A stretch of 64,000 nucleotides of DNA from Candidatus Oxydemutatoraceae bacterium. Its GTDB lineage: Bacteria > Pseudomonadota > Gammaproteobacteria > Poriferisulfidales > Oxydemutatoraceae. The notes under the pieces were generated by a model. The model was not told where the DNA came from, ran no database searches, and was given only the letters and a program-made list of their open reading frames with translations. The DNA lies in assembly GCA_965220085.1 (NCBI GenBank), contig CBDCOZ010000003.1:672001-736000 (forward strand). The letters run 5' to 3'. The position numbers and the translations under genes were made by a program. This document shows, in pieces, positions 40,520-50,896 of this stretch (position 1 is its first letter; every line of letters starts with the position of its first letter).

Positions 40520-42970
40520 ATGGCAAGCATACGCGACACTCAAAATATTATCGAAGAAGTTCCGGTTCTGCCCCTGCGCGATGTGGTCATATACCCGTCA
40601 ATGGTGACGCCGCTTTTTGTCGGGCGGCCCAAATCTGTCAATGCCCTTGAAAAAGCGATGCGCGATAACAAACAGATTATGTTGCTCACGCAAAAGAATG
40701 CCGAAGCGGATGCGCCGCAAGCCTCTGATATATACAAGGTCGGCGTTCTGAGTTCCGTTATTCAATTTTTGAAACTGCCCGACGGCACCAACAAAGTGCT
40801 GGTCGAAGGCGAAGACCGGGCCGAGGTGTTGCGCTTTGTCGATGGCGATAAGCTCTTGAGCGCGGATATCAAGATTGTCGAATCCGTATGCTCGGTTGAA
40901 AACAGAAAGCTGGATGCGATGGCGCGTATGGCGCTCGGGCAGTTTACCCAGTATGTGAAGCTGAACAAGAAGATGGGCGCGGAGGTTTTGCACGCGGTGG
41001 CCGGCATAGAAGACCCCGGTCGCTTGGCGGATACGCTGGCCAATCACTTGTCAATTAAGATCAAAGAAAGGCAAAAGCTGCTCGAAGCATATGACGAATA
41101 TAAACGGCTTGAGTTGCTCGCGGCTTATGTCAGCGAGGAAGTGGATATCCTGCAAATAGAGAAGCAAATTCGCGGGCGCGTACAGAAACAGATGGAGAAA
41201 AGCCAGCGCGAATACTATTTGAACGAGCAGATGAAAGCGATTGAGAAGGAACTCAGCGGCGAGGATGAGGATTCGCCCGGCGAAAAAGAAGAATATCAGG
41301 GGAAGATCAAGCAAGCCGGTATGCCAAAGGATGCCCGCGAGCGCGCCGAATCGGAGTTGAGCAAGCTGATGATGATGGCGCCGATGTCCGCAGAGGCTAC
41401 CGTTGTGCGCAATTATCTTGATTGGCTGATTGGGATTCCGTGGAGGAAGAAGAGCAGAATCAAGAAAGATTTGGATGTGGCAAGGAATATACTCGATGCC
41501 GATCACTACGGGTTGGAGAAAGTAAAAGAACGCATACTGGAATACCTCGCGGTACAACAGAAAGCGAAGAAGATTAAGGGCCCCATATTATGTTTTGTCG
41601 GCCCGCCCGGTGTCGGCAAGACCTCGTTAGGCAAATCCATCGCCCATGCGACGCAGCGGAAGTTCACGCGGATGGCGCTTGGCGGCGTGCGCGATGAGGC
41701 GGAAATACGCGGCCATCGGCGCACGTATATCGGCGCTTTGCCGGGCAAATTTATCCAGAATCTGGCTAAGGCGGGAGTGCGCAATCCGCTGTTTTTGCTC
41801 GATGAGGTTGACAAGATGTCCATGGATTTCAGAGGCGACCCGGCTTCTGCTTTGCTGGAAGTTTTGGACCCCGAGCAGAATCATACGTTTGCGGATCATT
41901 ATCTTGAAGTCGATTTTGACCTTTCCGATGTCATGTTTGTTTGTACCGCAAACAGTCTCAACATTCCGCCGCCGCTGCTGGACAGGATGGAGGTGATCAG
42001 ATTGCCGGGCTATACGGAAGAAGAAAAGATGCGCATTGCGCAAAATTATTTGATCCCAAAGCAAATGAAAGACAACGGCTTGGAGGAGAGAGAAATTCAG
42101 ATAGCGTCGGCGGTGATTCGGGACATTATCCAGTACTACACCCGCGAAGCCGGAGTCAGGAATCTGGAAAGAAACATATCCAAAGTCTGTCGCAAGGTGG
42201 TCAAAGACATCATGATGAAAAAGGTCAAAAAAGGCGCCAAAGTTCATGTGCGCTCAAACTCCTTGGAGAGATATCTGGGAGTGCGGAAGTTCCGCTACGG
42301 GGTTGTCGATGAGGAAAACCGTATCGGACAGGTCAGCGGTCTGGCCTGGACCGAGGTCGGCGGCGATTTATTGACGGTGGAGGCGACCAGTGTGCCGGGC
42401 AAGGGCAAACTGATTCAAACCGGCCAATTGGGGGATGTGATGCGCGAATCCGGAGAGGCGGCGATGACAGTGGTGCGTAGCCGCAGCGCCTTGTTGAACC
42501 TTGAGCAAAAGTTTTATGAAAACAAAGATATCCATGTGCATGTGCCGGAAGGGGCGACGCCGAAAGACGGTCCGAGCGCCGGTGTCGCGATGTGTACCGC
42601 GATCATATCGGCGCTGACAGGCATTGCGGTGAAGTCTGATGTGGCGATGACCGGCGAGATCACTCTGCGTGGCGAAGTGCTTGCAATCGGCGGTCTGAAG
42701 GAGAAACTCCTGGCCGCATTGCGAGGCGGCATCAGGATGGTGATGATCCCCGAAGAAAACGCCAAGGATTTGAAGGAAATCCCGTCTAATATTTCAAGCC
42801 GCATCGACATCCATCCGGTGCGCTGGATCGATGAGGCGCTGAGGCAGGCGCTGGTTGAGATGCCCGCAATAGCGGCGGAATCCGAGAGAAATCAACTGGG
42901 CGGCAAATCTCAGGACGATGAGAAAATATCCGATAAATCAAGCGGGTTAGGGGGTTCCCAACCCCACTGA
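40520..42970 (+). CDS. lon: Lon protease
   Basis: GPPGVGKTS, PKDGPSAG, IGGLKEK. Confidence 0.97.
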   Translation: MASIRDTQNIIEEVPVLPLRDVVIYPSMVTPLFVGRPKSVNALEKAMRDNKQIMLLTQKNAEADAPQASDIYKVGVLSSVIQFLKLPDGTNKVLVEGEDRAEVLRFVDGDKLLSADIKIVESVCSVENRKLDAMARMALGQFTQYVKLNKKMGAEVLHAVAGIEDPGRLADTLANHLSIKIKERQKLLEAYDEYKRLELLAAYVSEEVDILQIEKQIRGRVQKQMEKSQREYYLNEQMKAIEKELSGEDEDSPGEKEEYQGKIKQAGMPKDARERAESELSKLMMMAPMSAEATVVRNYLDWLIGIPWRKKSRIKKDLDVARNILDADHYGLEKVKERILEYLAVQQKAKKIKGPILCFVGPPGVGKTSLGKSIAHATQRKFTRMALGGVRDEAEIRGHRRTYIGALPGKFIQNLAKAGVRNPLFLLDEVDKMSMDFRGDPASALLEVLDPEQNHTFADHYLEVDFDLSDVMFVCTANSLNIPPPLLDRMEVIRLPGYTEEEKMRIAQNYLIPKQMKDNGLEEREIQIASAVIRDIIQYYTREAGVRNLERNISKVCRKVVKDIMMKKVKKGAKVHVRSNSLERYLGVRKFRYGVVDEENRIGQVSGLAWTEVGGDLLTVEATSVPGKGKLIQTGQLGDVMRESGEAAMTVVRSRSALLNLEQKFYENKDIHVHVPEGATPKDGPSAGVAMCTAIISALTGIAVKSDVAMTGEITLRGEVLAIGGLKEKLLAALRGGIRMVMIPEENAKDLKEIPSNISSRIDIHPVRWIDEALRQALVEMPAIAAESERNQLGGKSQDDEKISDKSSGLGGSQPH

Positions 42971-43177
42971 GGCAGACTGCGTTGCCAAATAACTGAGTTT
43001 TATTCGGTTTTGCCTTGTGATTTGTTATAAAATGCAGGCGGTTAGGTCAACATGCTTCTTTGCCCATGTGCTAGAAACAGGGCGAGGGAAGCAAGAATCC
43101 GGTCGCTAAGCCGGATGTTTTGAGAGGGCAAGTTGACTGTCTTATATATTTTTCTTTATTTATGGAGAGCTATAACA

Positions 43178-43450
43178 ATGAATAAATCCGAACTGATCGA
43201 ATCTATTGCAAATTCCGCGAGTTTGTCAAAGAGTGACGCGACTCGCGCGTTGGAAGCGGTAGTTGACTCTATCACCGGCAGCCTGAAGCAAGGCAACCCG
43301 GTGGCTATAGTCGGCTTTGGGACATTTCTTATCCGCGAGCGTAATGCGCGTATGGGGCGCAATCCGCGAACCGGCGAGACGATTAGCATTGCCGCCAGTA
43401 AGGTCCCCGCTTTTAAGGCAGGCAAAGCCCTGAAGGACGCTTTGCGTTAA
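43178..43450 (+). CDS. hupB: DNA-binding protein HU
   Basis: [30 protein letters not shown]; located after lon. Confidence 0.93.
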   Translation: MNKSELIESIANSASLSKSDATRALEAVVDSITGSLKQGNPVAIVGFGTFLIRERNARMGRNPRTGETISIAASKVPAFKAGKALKDALR

Positions 43451-43466
43451 TACCCGTGCGATTTCC

Positions 43467-43541
43467 GGGTGCTTAGCTCAGCCCGGTCAGAGCGCCGCCC
43501 TTACAAGGCGGAGGTCGGGGGTTCGATCCCCTCAGCACCCA
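43467..43541 (+). tRNA. tRNA-Val(TAC)
   Basis: CCGCC-CTTACAA-GGCGG, GGTTCGATCCC. Confidence 0.93.
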
Positions 43542-43604
43542 CCGCTCGGACATCTGCGCAAAGCGGAAGGGGCGGCAAGTTTGGTGGTGACATCTGTTGA
43601 ACAT

Positions 43605-43681
43605 GGAGTGGTAGTTCAGTTGGTTAGAATACCGGCCTGTCACGCCGGGGGTCGCGGGTTCGAGTCCCGTCCACTCCGCCA
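43605..43681 (+). tRNA. tRNA-Asp(GTC)
   Basis: CCGGC-CTGTCAC-GCCGG, CCA end. Confidence 0.96.
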
Positions 43682-43749
43682 CTAGGCTAGAGCGTAATAC
43701 ATTTAAAAGCGGCGGGGCAAGTTAAACATATGATTGCCCTGTCGCTACT

Positions 43750-45642
43750 TTGGCTTTTGATATTGTGTTAAATAGAATTCGTGATGCCTCAAGCGGCTGG
43801 ATCGCTTATGTAATCGTCGGCTTGCTGGCGATTCCGTTTGCGTTATGGGGCGTGCAGAGTTATTTCGGCGCCTTGTCCTCTGTCGTGATGGAGGTCGGAG
43901 GGATCGAGATAGATGCGAATCAATTTAATCAGGCCCTGATCGAACGAAAACGCTACTTGCAGACCGTTGATCCCGATGCCGATTTGCCCCCCGATGACAA
44001 AATCAAGAATGACACGATCAGTGTTCTTGCCATACAAGCGATGATAGAAGAGGCGACAGACCGCTACGGTTACCGCATCTCTGATCGGTTTCTGGCGCAT
44101 GCTATCAGGCAGACCCCCGGCTTCCTCAATGAGGCCGGTCAGTTTGATAATGAGAGATATCAAGCGTATTTGAAAGGCGAGCAGATATCGCGTGTCAAGT
44201 ATGAAAATCGCCTGAGAGAGCAGATGAAACAGGACCAGGTGTTGCAAGCGCTGGATGGCTCCGGTTTTGTTCTCAAAGCGGAGCAGGCCGCATTTGACAC
44301 ACTCCGCAGCCAGGAGAGAAAAGTGCGTTATCTGGAGTTGAATACCGATGATTATCGCGATGCTGTCAGTGTTACCGACGAAGAAGTCAAGCAGCGTTAC
44401 GATAACAATCCGCAGAATTACCAGTCTGAGTTTGAGTTCCGTTTGCGTTATGCCGAGGTGAAGCTCGCGGATTTGATGGAGTCGGAAGAAGTCGATGAAA
44501 GTTTGGCGAGACTATACTATGAGGAGAATGCGGATTCGTTTATTGAGCCGGAAAAACGACGCTTGCGGCATATCCTGTTTGACCCGACCGAACACGATGC
44601 GTCCGAACTCAAAGCGCGCATCGCGGAAGTGGGCGAAAAACTGGCTGCCGGAGAAAGTTTCTCGGAGCTTGCCAAAGAGTACTCGGATGACTTTTTGACC
44701 GCCGCAAGCGGCGGCGAGTTGCCGGTGATGAGCGAGTTTGATATTGAAGACGATGCGATCAGGGAAGCGGTGTTTGCATTGTCGGAGGGCGAGGCCAGCG
44801 AGCCGTTGCAAAGCCAGTTCGGAACCCAGATGTTTGAATTGGCTGAAATTACGCCCGAAGCGCAACGCGCATTTGATGAGGTTGCCGAAGAAGTGATTGA
44901 AGAGATAAAGCTTGAGAACGCGCAAGACAAATATGCCGAACAATTGGAGCGCGCAGAAGCGATCGCATTTGTCAGCCACAAAGATGTGTTTGATGATTTG
45001 GCAACGGCCATGGGCATATCGAGCACCCTGACGGAATGGCTGAAGCGGGATAGTCGGGAAGGCATTTTTGCCGATTCAAAAGTGCGCCGGGTGACTTTCA
45101 ATCGGCTGTTCACGGATGAATTGGTGAATAGCGGACCGGTCGAGTTGGTGGAAGGCAGTCATATGGTCGTGTTTTCGGTAAACAATGTCCGCCCGCCCGA
45201 GCAACAGACATTTGAGCAAGTGGAAGAGAAAATACGCGAAGGAATATTGGCTGAGAAATCTTCAAATGCCGCTGTTAAAGATCGCAACGCCTGGTTGCAA
45301 GAGGCGAAGAAGGGGGAGAAGACGGTCGAGCAAATCGCCGAAGCAAGCGAAAGCGCTACGCTCCATGATCCCGGATATGTCGGTCGGGATGCGCGGGACA
45401 CAGCGCCGCCGCCGGTGCTTTTGGCGGCGTTTGATGCGACCTTTTCCGACAAGGATAAGCCCCTTTATCTGCCGACCCGTATTGCGGGAAATCATGCGAT
45501 CGTTGAGATATCCGGCGTGAAACAGAACGAAGATGCGGATTCGCAACCCATTTCTTTTTCGGCGCGCGAGCAACGCGCGATCCTTGAGAGCCTCACCAGA
45601 GTCTTTGAGGTCGAGATTTTTGAAGATAACATTCCCGAATGA
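43750..45642 (+). CDS. ppiD: Periplasmic chaperone/PPIase D
   Basis: N-terminal TM anchor, parvulin motifs RHIL, FSELAKEYSDD, GGEL; hupB-ppiD synteny. Confidence 0.85.
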   Translation: MAFDIVLNRIRDASSGWIAYVIVGLLAIPFALWGVQSYFGALSSVVMEVGGIEIDANQFNQALIERKRYLQTVDPDADLPPDDKIKNDTISVLAIQAMIEEATDRYGYRISDRFLAHAIRQTPGFLNEAGQFDNERYQAYLKGEQISRVKYENRLREQMKQDQVLQALDGSGFVLKAEQAAFDTLRSQERKVRYLELNTDDYRDAVSVTDEEVKQRYDNNPQNYQSEFEFRLRYAEVKLADLMESEEVDESLARLYYEENADSFIEPEKRRLRHILFDPTEHDASELKARIAEVGEKLAAGESFSELAKEYSDDFLTAASGGELPVMSEFDIEDDAIREAVFALSEGEASEPLQSQFGTQMFELAEITPEAQRAFDEVAEEVIEEIKLENAQDKYAEQLERAEAIAFVSHKDVFDDLATAMGISSTLTEWLKRDSREGIFADSKVRRVTFNRLFTDELVNSGPVELVEGSHMVVFSVNNVRPPEQQTFEQVEEKIREGILAEKSSNAAVKDRNAWLQEAKKGEKTVEQIAEASESATLHDPGYVGRDARDTAPPPVLLAAFDATFSDKDKPLYLPTRIAGNHAIVEISGVKQNEDADSQPISFSAREQRAILESLTRVFEVEIFEDNIPE

Positions 45643-45669
45643 TCGGGGCTGTTTAACCGAGCATACATA

Positions 45670-46935
45670 ATGATGAAACAAGTTCCGCTTTATTTGCAAA
45701 TTCTAATCAGTCTGGCTCTCGCGGTCATAGTCGGCACCGCGTTCTCGCCGCAGTCCGCAATATTCGGCATTGAGATTTACAGCATACTGTCTTTTGTCGG
45801 CAAGATGTTTCTCAATGCGTTACAAATGATCGTGGTCCCGTTAGTGCTGTCTTCCATTGTCGTCGGTATTGCCGGCATGGCGCAAGACGATCATTTCAAG
45901 CGGCTCAGCGGCGGCACGTTGGCGTATTACCTGCTGACCAGCTTGATCTCTATCCTCGTCGGGTTGACATTGGTCAACCTAATCCAGCCGGGCGTGATGC
46001 AGGGCGGAGGAATGCTGGAAGGTCTCGGCAGTTTGCCGGAAGAGATATCGGCGAAGGTGGCGGGGCGCGACACCTCCGATATTGCGGAAGTGTTTCTGCG
46101 CATGGTGCCGACTAATATATTTGAGGCGGCCGCCGAAGGACAGCTCCTCGGTTTAATCTTCTTTGCCATTTTGTTCGGCTTTTTTACCGCCAAGGTAGAG
46201 AGCAAACTGTCTGTCGTTATGTTGAATTTCTGGCAGGCGGTATACGAAGTGATGATGAAGATCACCATGTGGGTGATACGGTTTGCGCCTATCGGTGTGT
46301 TTGGTCTGGTCGGCAAGGTGGTGATGGATTCGGGAATCGATGTGTTTCAGGTGATGCTGTTCTTCTTCCTTACGGTATTGGCCGCTCTGGCGGTGCATTT
46401 CTTCATCGTATTGCCGACCATCCTCTGGCTCGTCGGCGGAATCAACCCGTGGGCTTATTTGCGCGCCATGTCGCCGGCGGTGCTGATGGCATTTTCAACC
46501 GCATCATCATCGTCCACCTTGCCGTTGACGATTAGTTGCATACAAAACAAGGTCGGCGTGTCAAAGCGTGTCAGCAGCTTTGTCTTGCCGCTCGGCGCGA
46601 CGGTGAATATGGACGGAACCGCTCTTTACGAATGTGTCGCGGTCATCTTTATTGCCCAACTCTATGGTCTTGAAATGGGGTTTGTCACCCAATTCACCGT
46701 GGTTTGGCTTGCCCTGCTGACCTCCATCGGCGTCGCCGGTATTCCCGCTGCGAGCCTGGTGGCAATTACGCTTATTTTATCGGCGGTCGGATTGCCGCTG
46801 GAAGCAATCGCACTCATTCTGGCTGTGGACAGGGTATTGGATATGTGCCGCACCAGCGTCAATGTCTATAGCGACTCGTGTGCGGCGGGCGTGATTGCAA
46901 AGCGTATGGGAGAGCGTTTTTCTCCCGCCGCTTAA
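45670..46935 (+). CDS. Dicarboxylate/amino acid:cation symporter (GltP family)
   Basis: AFSTASSSSTLP, LGATVNMDGTALY, DRVLDMCRT. Confidence 0.92.
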   Translation: MMKQVPLYLQILISLALAVIVGTAFSPQSAIFGIEIYSILSFVGKMFLNALQMIVVPLVLSSIVVGIAGMAQDDHFKRLSGGTLAYYLLTSLISILVGLTLVNLIQPGVMQGGGMLEGLGSLPEEISAKVAGRDTSDIAEVFLRMVPTNIFEAAAEGQLLGLIFFAILFGFFTAKVESKLSVVMLNFWQAVYEVMMKITMWVIRFAPIGVFGLVGKVVMDSGIDVFQVMLFFFLTVLAALAVHFFIVLPTILWLVGGINPWAYLRAMSPAVLMAFSTASSSSTLPLTISCIQNKVGVSKRVSSFVLPLGATVNMDGTALYECVAVIFIAQLYGLEMGFVTQFTVVWLALLTSIGVAGIPAASLVAITLILSAVGLPLEAIALILAVDRVLDMCRTSVNVYSDSCAAGVIAKRMGERFSPAA

Positions 46936-46940
46936 TCCGC

Positions 46941-47726
46941 TTAATCCCTGGCGGCCATTCCGACCAAGTTATAGCCGGCATCGACATGGATGACTTCGCC
47001 GGTCACCCCGCTCGCCAGTTCCGAGCAGAGGAAGGCGCCGACATTGCCGATATCCTCCAGCGTGATGTTGCGCCGCAGAGGGGCTGTTTGTTCGGTATGT
47101 CGGAGCATTTCGCGAAAGCCTTCTATCCCCGCCGCGGCGAGTGTTTTAACGGGGCCCGCCGAAATGGCATTGACTCTGATGTTTTGCGGCCCGAGACAGG
47201 CGGCAAGGTAACGTACGTTTGCTTCCAGACTGGCTTTGGCCAAGCCCATGACGTTGTAGTTCGGAATGTATCTTTCCGCGCCGAGGTAGCTCAGTGTCAG
47301 TATGGAGCCGTTGCTTTGCGCCAGCAATGTCCGCGCTTCTTTGGCGAGCGCACTGAGGCTGTAACAACTGATTTCGTGGGCGGCGGCAAAGCCTTGGCGG
47401 GTTGTGTTGTCCGGATAGTCGCCGCTAAGTTCCTCGCGCGGCGCGTAGGCGATGGAATGGACCAGCGCATCGAGACCGTCCCAGTCGCGCCGGATAGCAT
47501 CAAACACGGCGCTGATTTCCGCATCGTTTTGCACGTCACAAATCAGCGTCAACTTTGAATCGCATTGTTGCGCGAGTTCCTCGATACGTTCCTTCAGCCG
47601 TTCGTTTTGGCATGCGAAAGCGAGTTCCGCCCCTTGCCGGCGCATCGCTTCGGCGATTCCCCACGCAATGGAGCGCTTGCTTGCGACTCCCGTAATTAAG
47701 ACACGTTTTCCGTTGATCATTCCCAT
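46941..47726 (-). CDS. fabI: Enoyl-ACP reductase
   Basis: SIAWGIA, YNVMGLAKASLE, NAISAGPVKTLAA. Confidence 0.95.
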   Translation of the reverse strand: MGMINGKRVLITGVASKRSIAWGIAEAMRRQGAELAFACQNERLKERIEELAQQCDSKLTLICDVQNDAEISAVFDAIRRDWDGLDALVHSIAYAPREELSGDYPDNTTRQGFAAAHEISCYSLSALAKEARTLLAQSNGSILTLSYLGAERYIPNYNVMGLAKASLEANVRYLAACLGPQNIRVNAISAGPVKTLAAAGIEGFREMLRHTEQTAPLRRNITLEDIGNVGAFLCSELASGVTGEVIHVDAGYNLVGMAARD

Positions 47727-47773
47727 GGTATTTCTCCTTATTATTCCTCGCAGTTAGGATATATAATACCACT

Positions 47774-49921
47774 ATGATGACAGAAGGACAGACCAGAACC
47801 GCTATCTTCTTTGTTCTGTGTTTTGTATTGCCGGGATGCGACGACCGACCGTGGAACAATCCTTATGCGGAGACAGAAGCGGCCAATATTCTGTATTCCA
47901 GTTTTTCCGAACGCCCCAAGTATCTGGATCCGGTGCGCGCATACAGCAGCAACGAATACGGGTTTCTGGGACAAATATACGAACCGGTTCTGCAGTACCA
48001 TTACCTGAAGCGGCCCTATGCGTTAGCGCCGCTGACCGCGCGGCGGATGCCGACCCTGCGTTACTTTGACGACAATCATCGGGCGGTCGAGCGCGACAAA
48101 GCCGCTTATGTCACTTATGACATAGAGATAAAACCCGATATCATGTTTCAGCCCCATCCGGCCTTTGTCCGCGACGAGCGGGGAGGATATCTGTATCACG
48201 ATACGGGCAAAGGACACAAAAGGACGTTTCGCCGCTTGTCCGACTTCCCGTTGACGGACAGCCGGACGCTGCGCAGCGAGGATTATTTGTATCAGATAAA
48301 GCGGCTTGCCGACCCCGGTTTGCACTCGCCGATTGCGGGTATTCTGCTCAAGCATATCGTCGGTTTTGCGGACTTGCGCGAGCGCATTGCGCAGGCGCGG
48401 GAGCGGCACTCGGGCGGCTGGCTCGATTTGCGTCAGTTTGATTTTGACGGCGTTGAAATCCTTGGCGATTACCGCTACCGCATCACCGTACATGCCGGTT
48501 ATCCGCAGTTTATATATTGGCTTTCGATGCCTTTTTTCTCGCCGATGCCGTGGGAAGCCGATGCGTTTTACAGCCAGCCCGAGTTTGACCGGCACAATAT
48601 CACCCTGAACTGGTATCCGGTGGGCACCGGGGCATATATGTTGAGCGAGAACAATCCCAATCTGCGGATGGTACTGACGCGCAATCCTAATTTCCGCGAT
48701 GACAACTACCCCGTTGCCGGCGAAGACGGCGACCGCGATGCCGGTTTGTTACGAGATGCGGGCGCGCGTTTGCCGTTTATAGATAAGGCCATCTTCAGTT
48801 TGGAGAAAGAGAATATCCCATACTGGAATAAGTTTCTGCAAGGGTACTATGACAGGTCGGGGATCAGTTCCGACAGTTTTGATCAGGCCGTGCAGTTGGA
48901 AGAAGGCGGCGAGTTTGAACTGACGGAGGATATGCAAGACAAGGACATACGCCTTTCCATCGCGCACCAACCGACAACCGTCTACATCGGTTTTAATATG
49001 CTGGATTCGGTAGTGGGCGGTTATAGCGCGCGCGCGATCAAATTGCGCCAGGCTCTGTCTATCGCGGTTGATATTGAGGAATACATCTCAATATTTTTGA
49101 ACGGTCGCGGCTCGGCTGCGCAGAGCCCTCTGCCGCCGGGCATCTTCGGACATGTGGGCGGCGCCGAAGGCGCGAATCCGATCGTCTATGACTGGATCGG
49201 CGGGCAAGCGCAACGGAAGCCGCTTGCCGAGGCCAAACGCCTGCTCGCCGAGGCCGGCTATGCCGACGGCATCGACCAACAAAATGGCAAACCGTTGACG
49301 CTTTATTTTGACGCGGTCGGCACCGGCCCCGATGCCAAAGCGTGGTTAAACTGGATTACAAAACAGTTTGAGAAAATCGGCGTACAGTTGGTCGTGCGAA
49401 GCACCGACTACAACCGTTTTCAGGAAAAGATCGCGGAAGGCACCGGACAAATTTTCCGTTGGGGCTGGAATGCCGATTACCCCGACCCGGAAAACTTTCT
49501 GTTTTTATTCTATGGCCCCAATGCAAAAGCCAAGAAACAAGGCGAGAATGCGGCAAACTATGACAATCCGCGCTTCAACGAACTGTTTCGTCAGATGCAA
49601 GGCATGCCAAATGGTCCCGCGCGGCAGAAAGTGATAGATGAGATGCTGGATATATTGCGTTATGAATCGCCTTGGATGTGGGGGTATCACCCGAGGTCTT
49701 TTGTCTTGCATCACGATTGGCTGGGGAATGTCAAACCCAATCTGATGGCGCACAATACGCTTAAATATCTTCGCATCGACACGCCGAGCCGCGATCGCAA
49801 ACGCGAAGAATGGAATCAGCCGGAGCTGACCCCGGTATTCGGATTGCTGGTTTTGTTGCTCATCTTTGTGCTGCCGGTTATCAATATATATTACAAGCGA
49901 CGCCGTCAAACAATCCTATGA
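47774..49921 (+). CDS. Peptide/nickel ABC transporter substrate-binding lipoprotein (family 5)
   Basis: Lipobox LPGC, PVGTGAY, GWNADYPDPENF. Confidence 0.88.
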   Translation: MMTEGQTRTAIFFVLCFVLPGCDDRPWNNPYAETEAANILYSSFSERPKYLDPVRAYSSNEYGFLGQIYEPVLQYHYLKRPYALAPLTARRMPTLRYFDDNHRAVERDKAAYVTYDIEIKPDIMFQPHPAFVRDERGGYLYHDTGKGHKRTFRRLSDFPLTDSRTLRSEDYLYQIKRLADPGLHSPIAGILLKHIVGFADLRERIAQARERHSGGWLDLRQFDFDGVEILGDYRYRITVHAGYPQFIYWLSMPFFSPMPWEADAFYSQPEFDRHNITLNWYPVGTGAYMLSENNPNLRMVLTRNPNFRDDNYPVAGEDGDRDAGLLRDAGARLPFIDKAIFSLEKENIPYWNKFLQGYYDRSGISSDSFDQAVQLEEGGEFELTEDMQDKDIRLSIAHQPTTVYIGFNMLDSVVGGYSARAIKLRQALSIAVDIEEYISIFLNGRGSAAQSPLPPGIFGHVGGAEGANPIVYDWIGGQAQRKPLAEAKRLLAEAGYADGIDQQNGKPLTLYFDAVGTGPDAKAWLNWITKQFEKIGVQLVVRSTDYNRFQEKIAEGTGQIFRWGWNADYPDPENFLFLFYGPNAKAKKQGENAANYDNPRFNELFRQMQGMPNGPARQKVIDEMLDILRYESPWMWGYHPRSFVLHHDWLGNVKPNLMAHNTLKYLRIDTPSRDRKREEWNQPELTPVFGLLVLLLIFVLPVINIYYKRRRQTIL

Positions 49922-50895
49922 GCGCATATATCATCCGCCGTTTTTTATACGCGATACCGATCCTCATCGGCGTGAACTTATTCACCTTCGCTTTGTTCTT
50001 TGTCGTCAATACCCCGGATGATATCGCGCGTATGCATCTGGGTCACCGCCACATCACGCAGGAGCAAATCGACACTTGGAAAATGCAACGCGGCTACGAT
50101 AAGCCCTTGCTTTACAATGCCGCGGCGGATGGTCTCGAACAAGCGACCGACACCATATTTTTTAACGAGTCGGTGCGTCTTTTCCTGTTTGACTTTGGCC
50201 GCTCCGACAGCGGTCGCTCTATCGGCCAAGACATCGCCGAGCGCATGTGGCCGAGTCTTGCGATAGCGGCGCCGACCCTGTTGCTGGGGGTGTTGCTGAA
50301 CATTACCTTCGCATTGACGATGGTATTTTTTCGCGCCACATATGTTGACTTTTGGTCCGTCATACTCTGTATCGTGCTGATGTCGATATCGGGTCTGTTT
50401 TACATAATCGGCGGGCAATTTCTTATCGGCAAGCTATTGAAGTTGGTGCCGATTTCCGGATACGGCGGCGGCTTGGAAGCGATTAAATTTCTGATCTTGC
50501 CGATCATCGTGGGGGTCATCGGCGGCATCGGGGCGGGCAGCCGATGGTACCGCACCATCTTTCTTGAAGAGTCGGGAAAGGATTATGTGCGCACTGCGCG
50601 CGCCAAGGGCCTCAGCGAAGCCGCCGTATTGTTTCGCCATATCTTGCCGAACGCGCTGATTCCGATTCTCACCGGCATCGTGGTCATCTTGCCGTTGCTG
50701 TTTATGGGCAGTTTGATCATTGAATCGTTCTTCGGGATTCCGGGGCTTGGCAGCTACACCATCGACGCCATTGCGCGGCAAGACTTTGCCATTGTCCGGG
50801 CGATGGTCTTTCTCGGCTCCTTCCTGTATATCGTGGGATTATTGCTGACCGATATTTCTTATACCCTGGTTGATCCCCGGGTGAGGCTGAGTTGA
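49918..50895 (+). CDS. Peptide ABC transporter permease (OppB/DppB-like)
   Basis: DYVRTARAKGLSE, DISYTLVDPRV. Confidence 0.9.
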   Translation: MSAYIIRRFLYAIPILIGVNLFTFALFFVVNTPDDIARMHLGHRHITQEQIDTWKMQRGYDKPLLYNAAADGLEQATDTIFFNESVRLFLFDFGRSDSGRSIGQDIAERMWPSLAIAAPTLLLGVLLNITFALTMVFFRATYVDFWSVILCIVLMSISGLFYIIGGQFLIGKLLKLVPISGYGGGLEAIKFLILPIIVGVIGGIGAGSRWYRTIFLEESGKDYVRTARAKGLSEAAVLFRHILPNALIPILTGIVVILPLLFMGSLIIESFFGIPGLGSYTIDAIARQDFAIVRAMVFLGSFLYIVGLLLTDISYTLVDPRVRLS

Positions 50896-50896
50896 T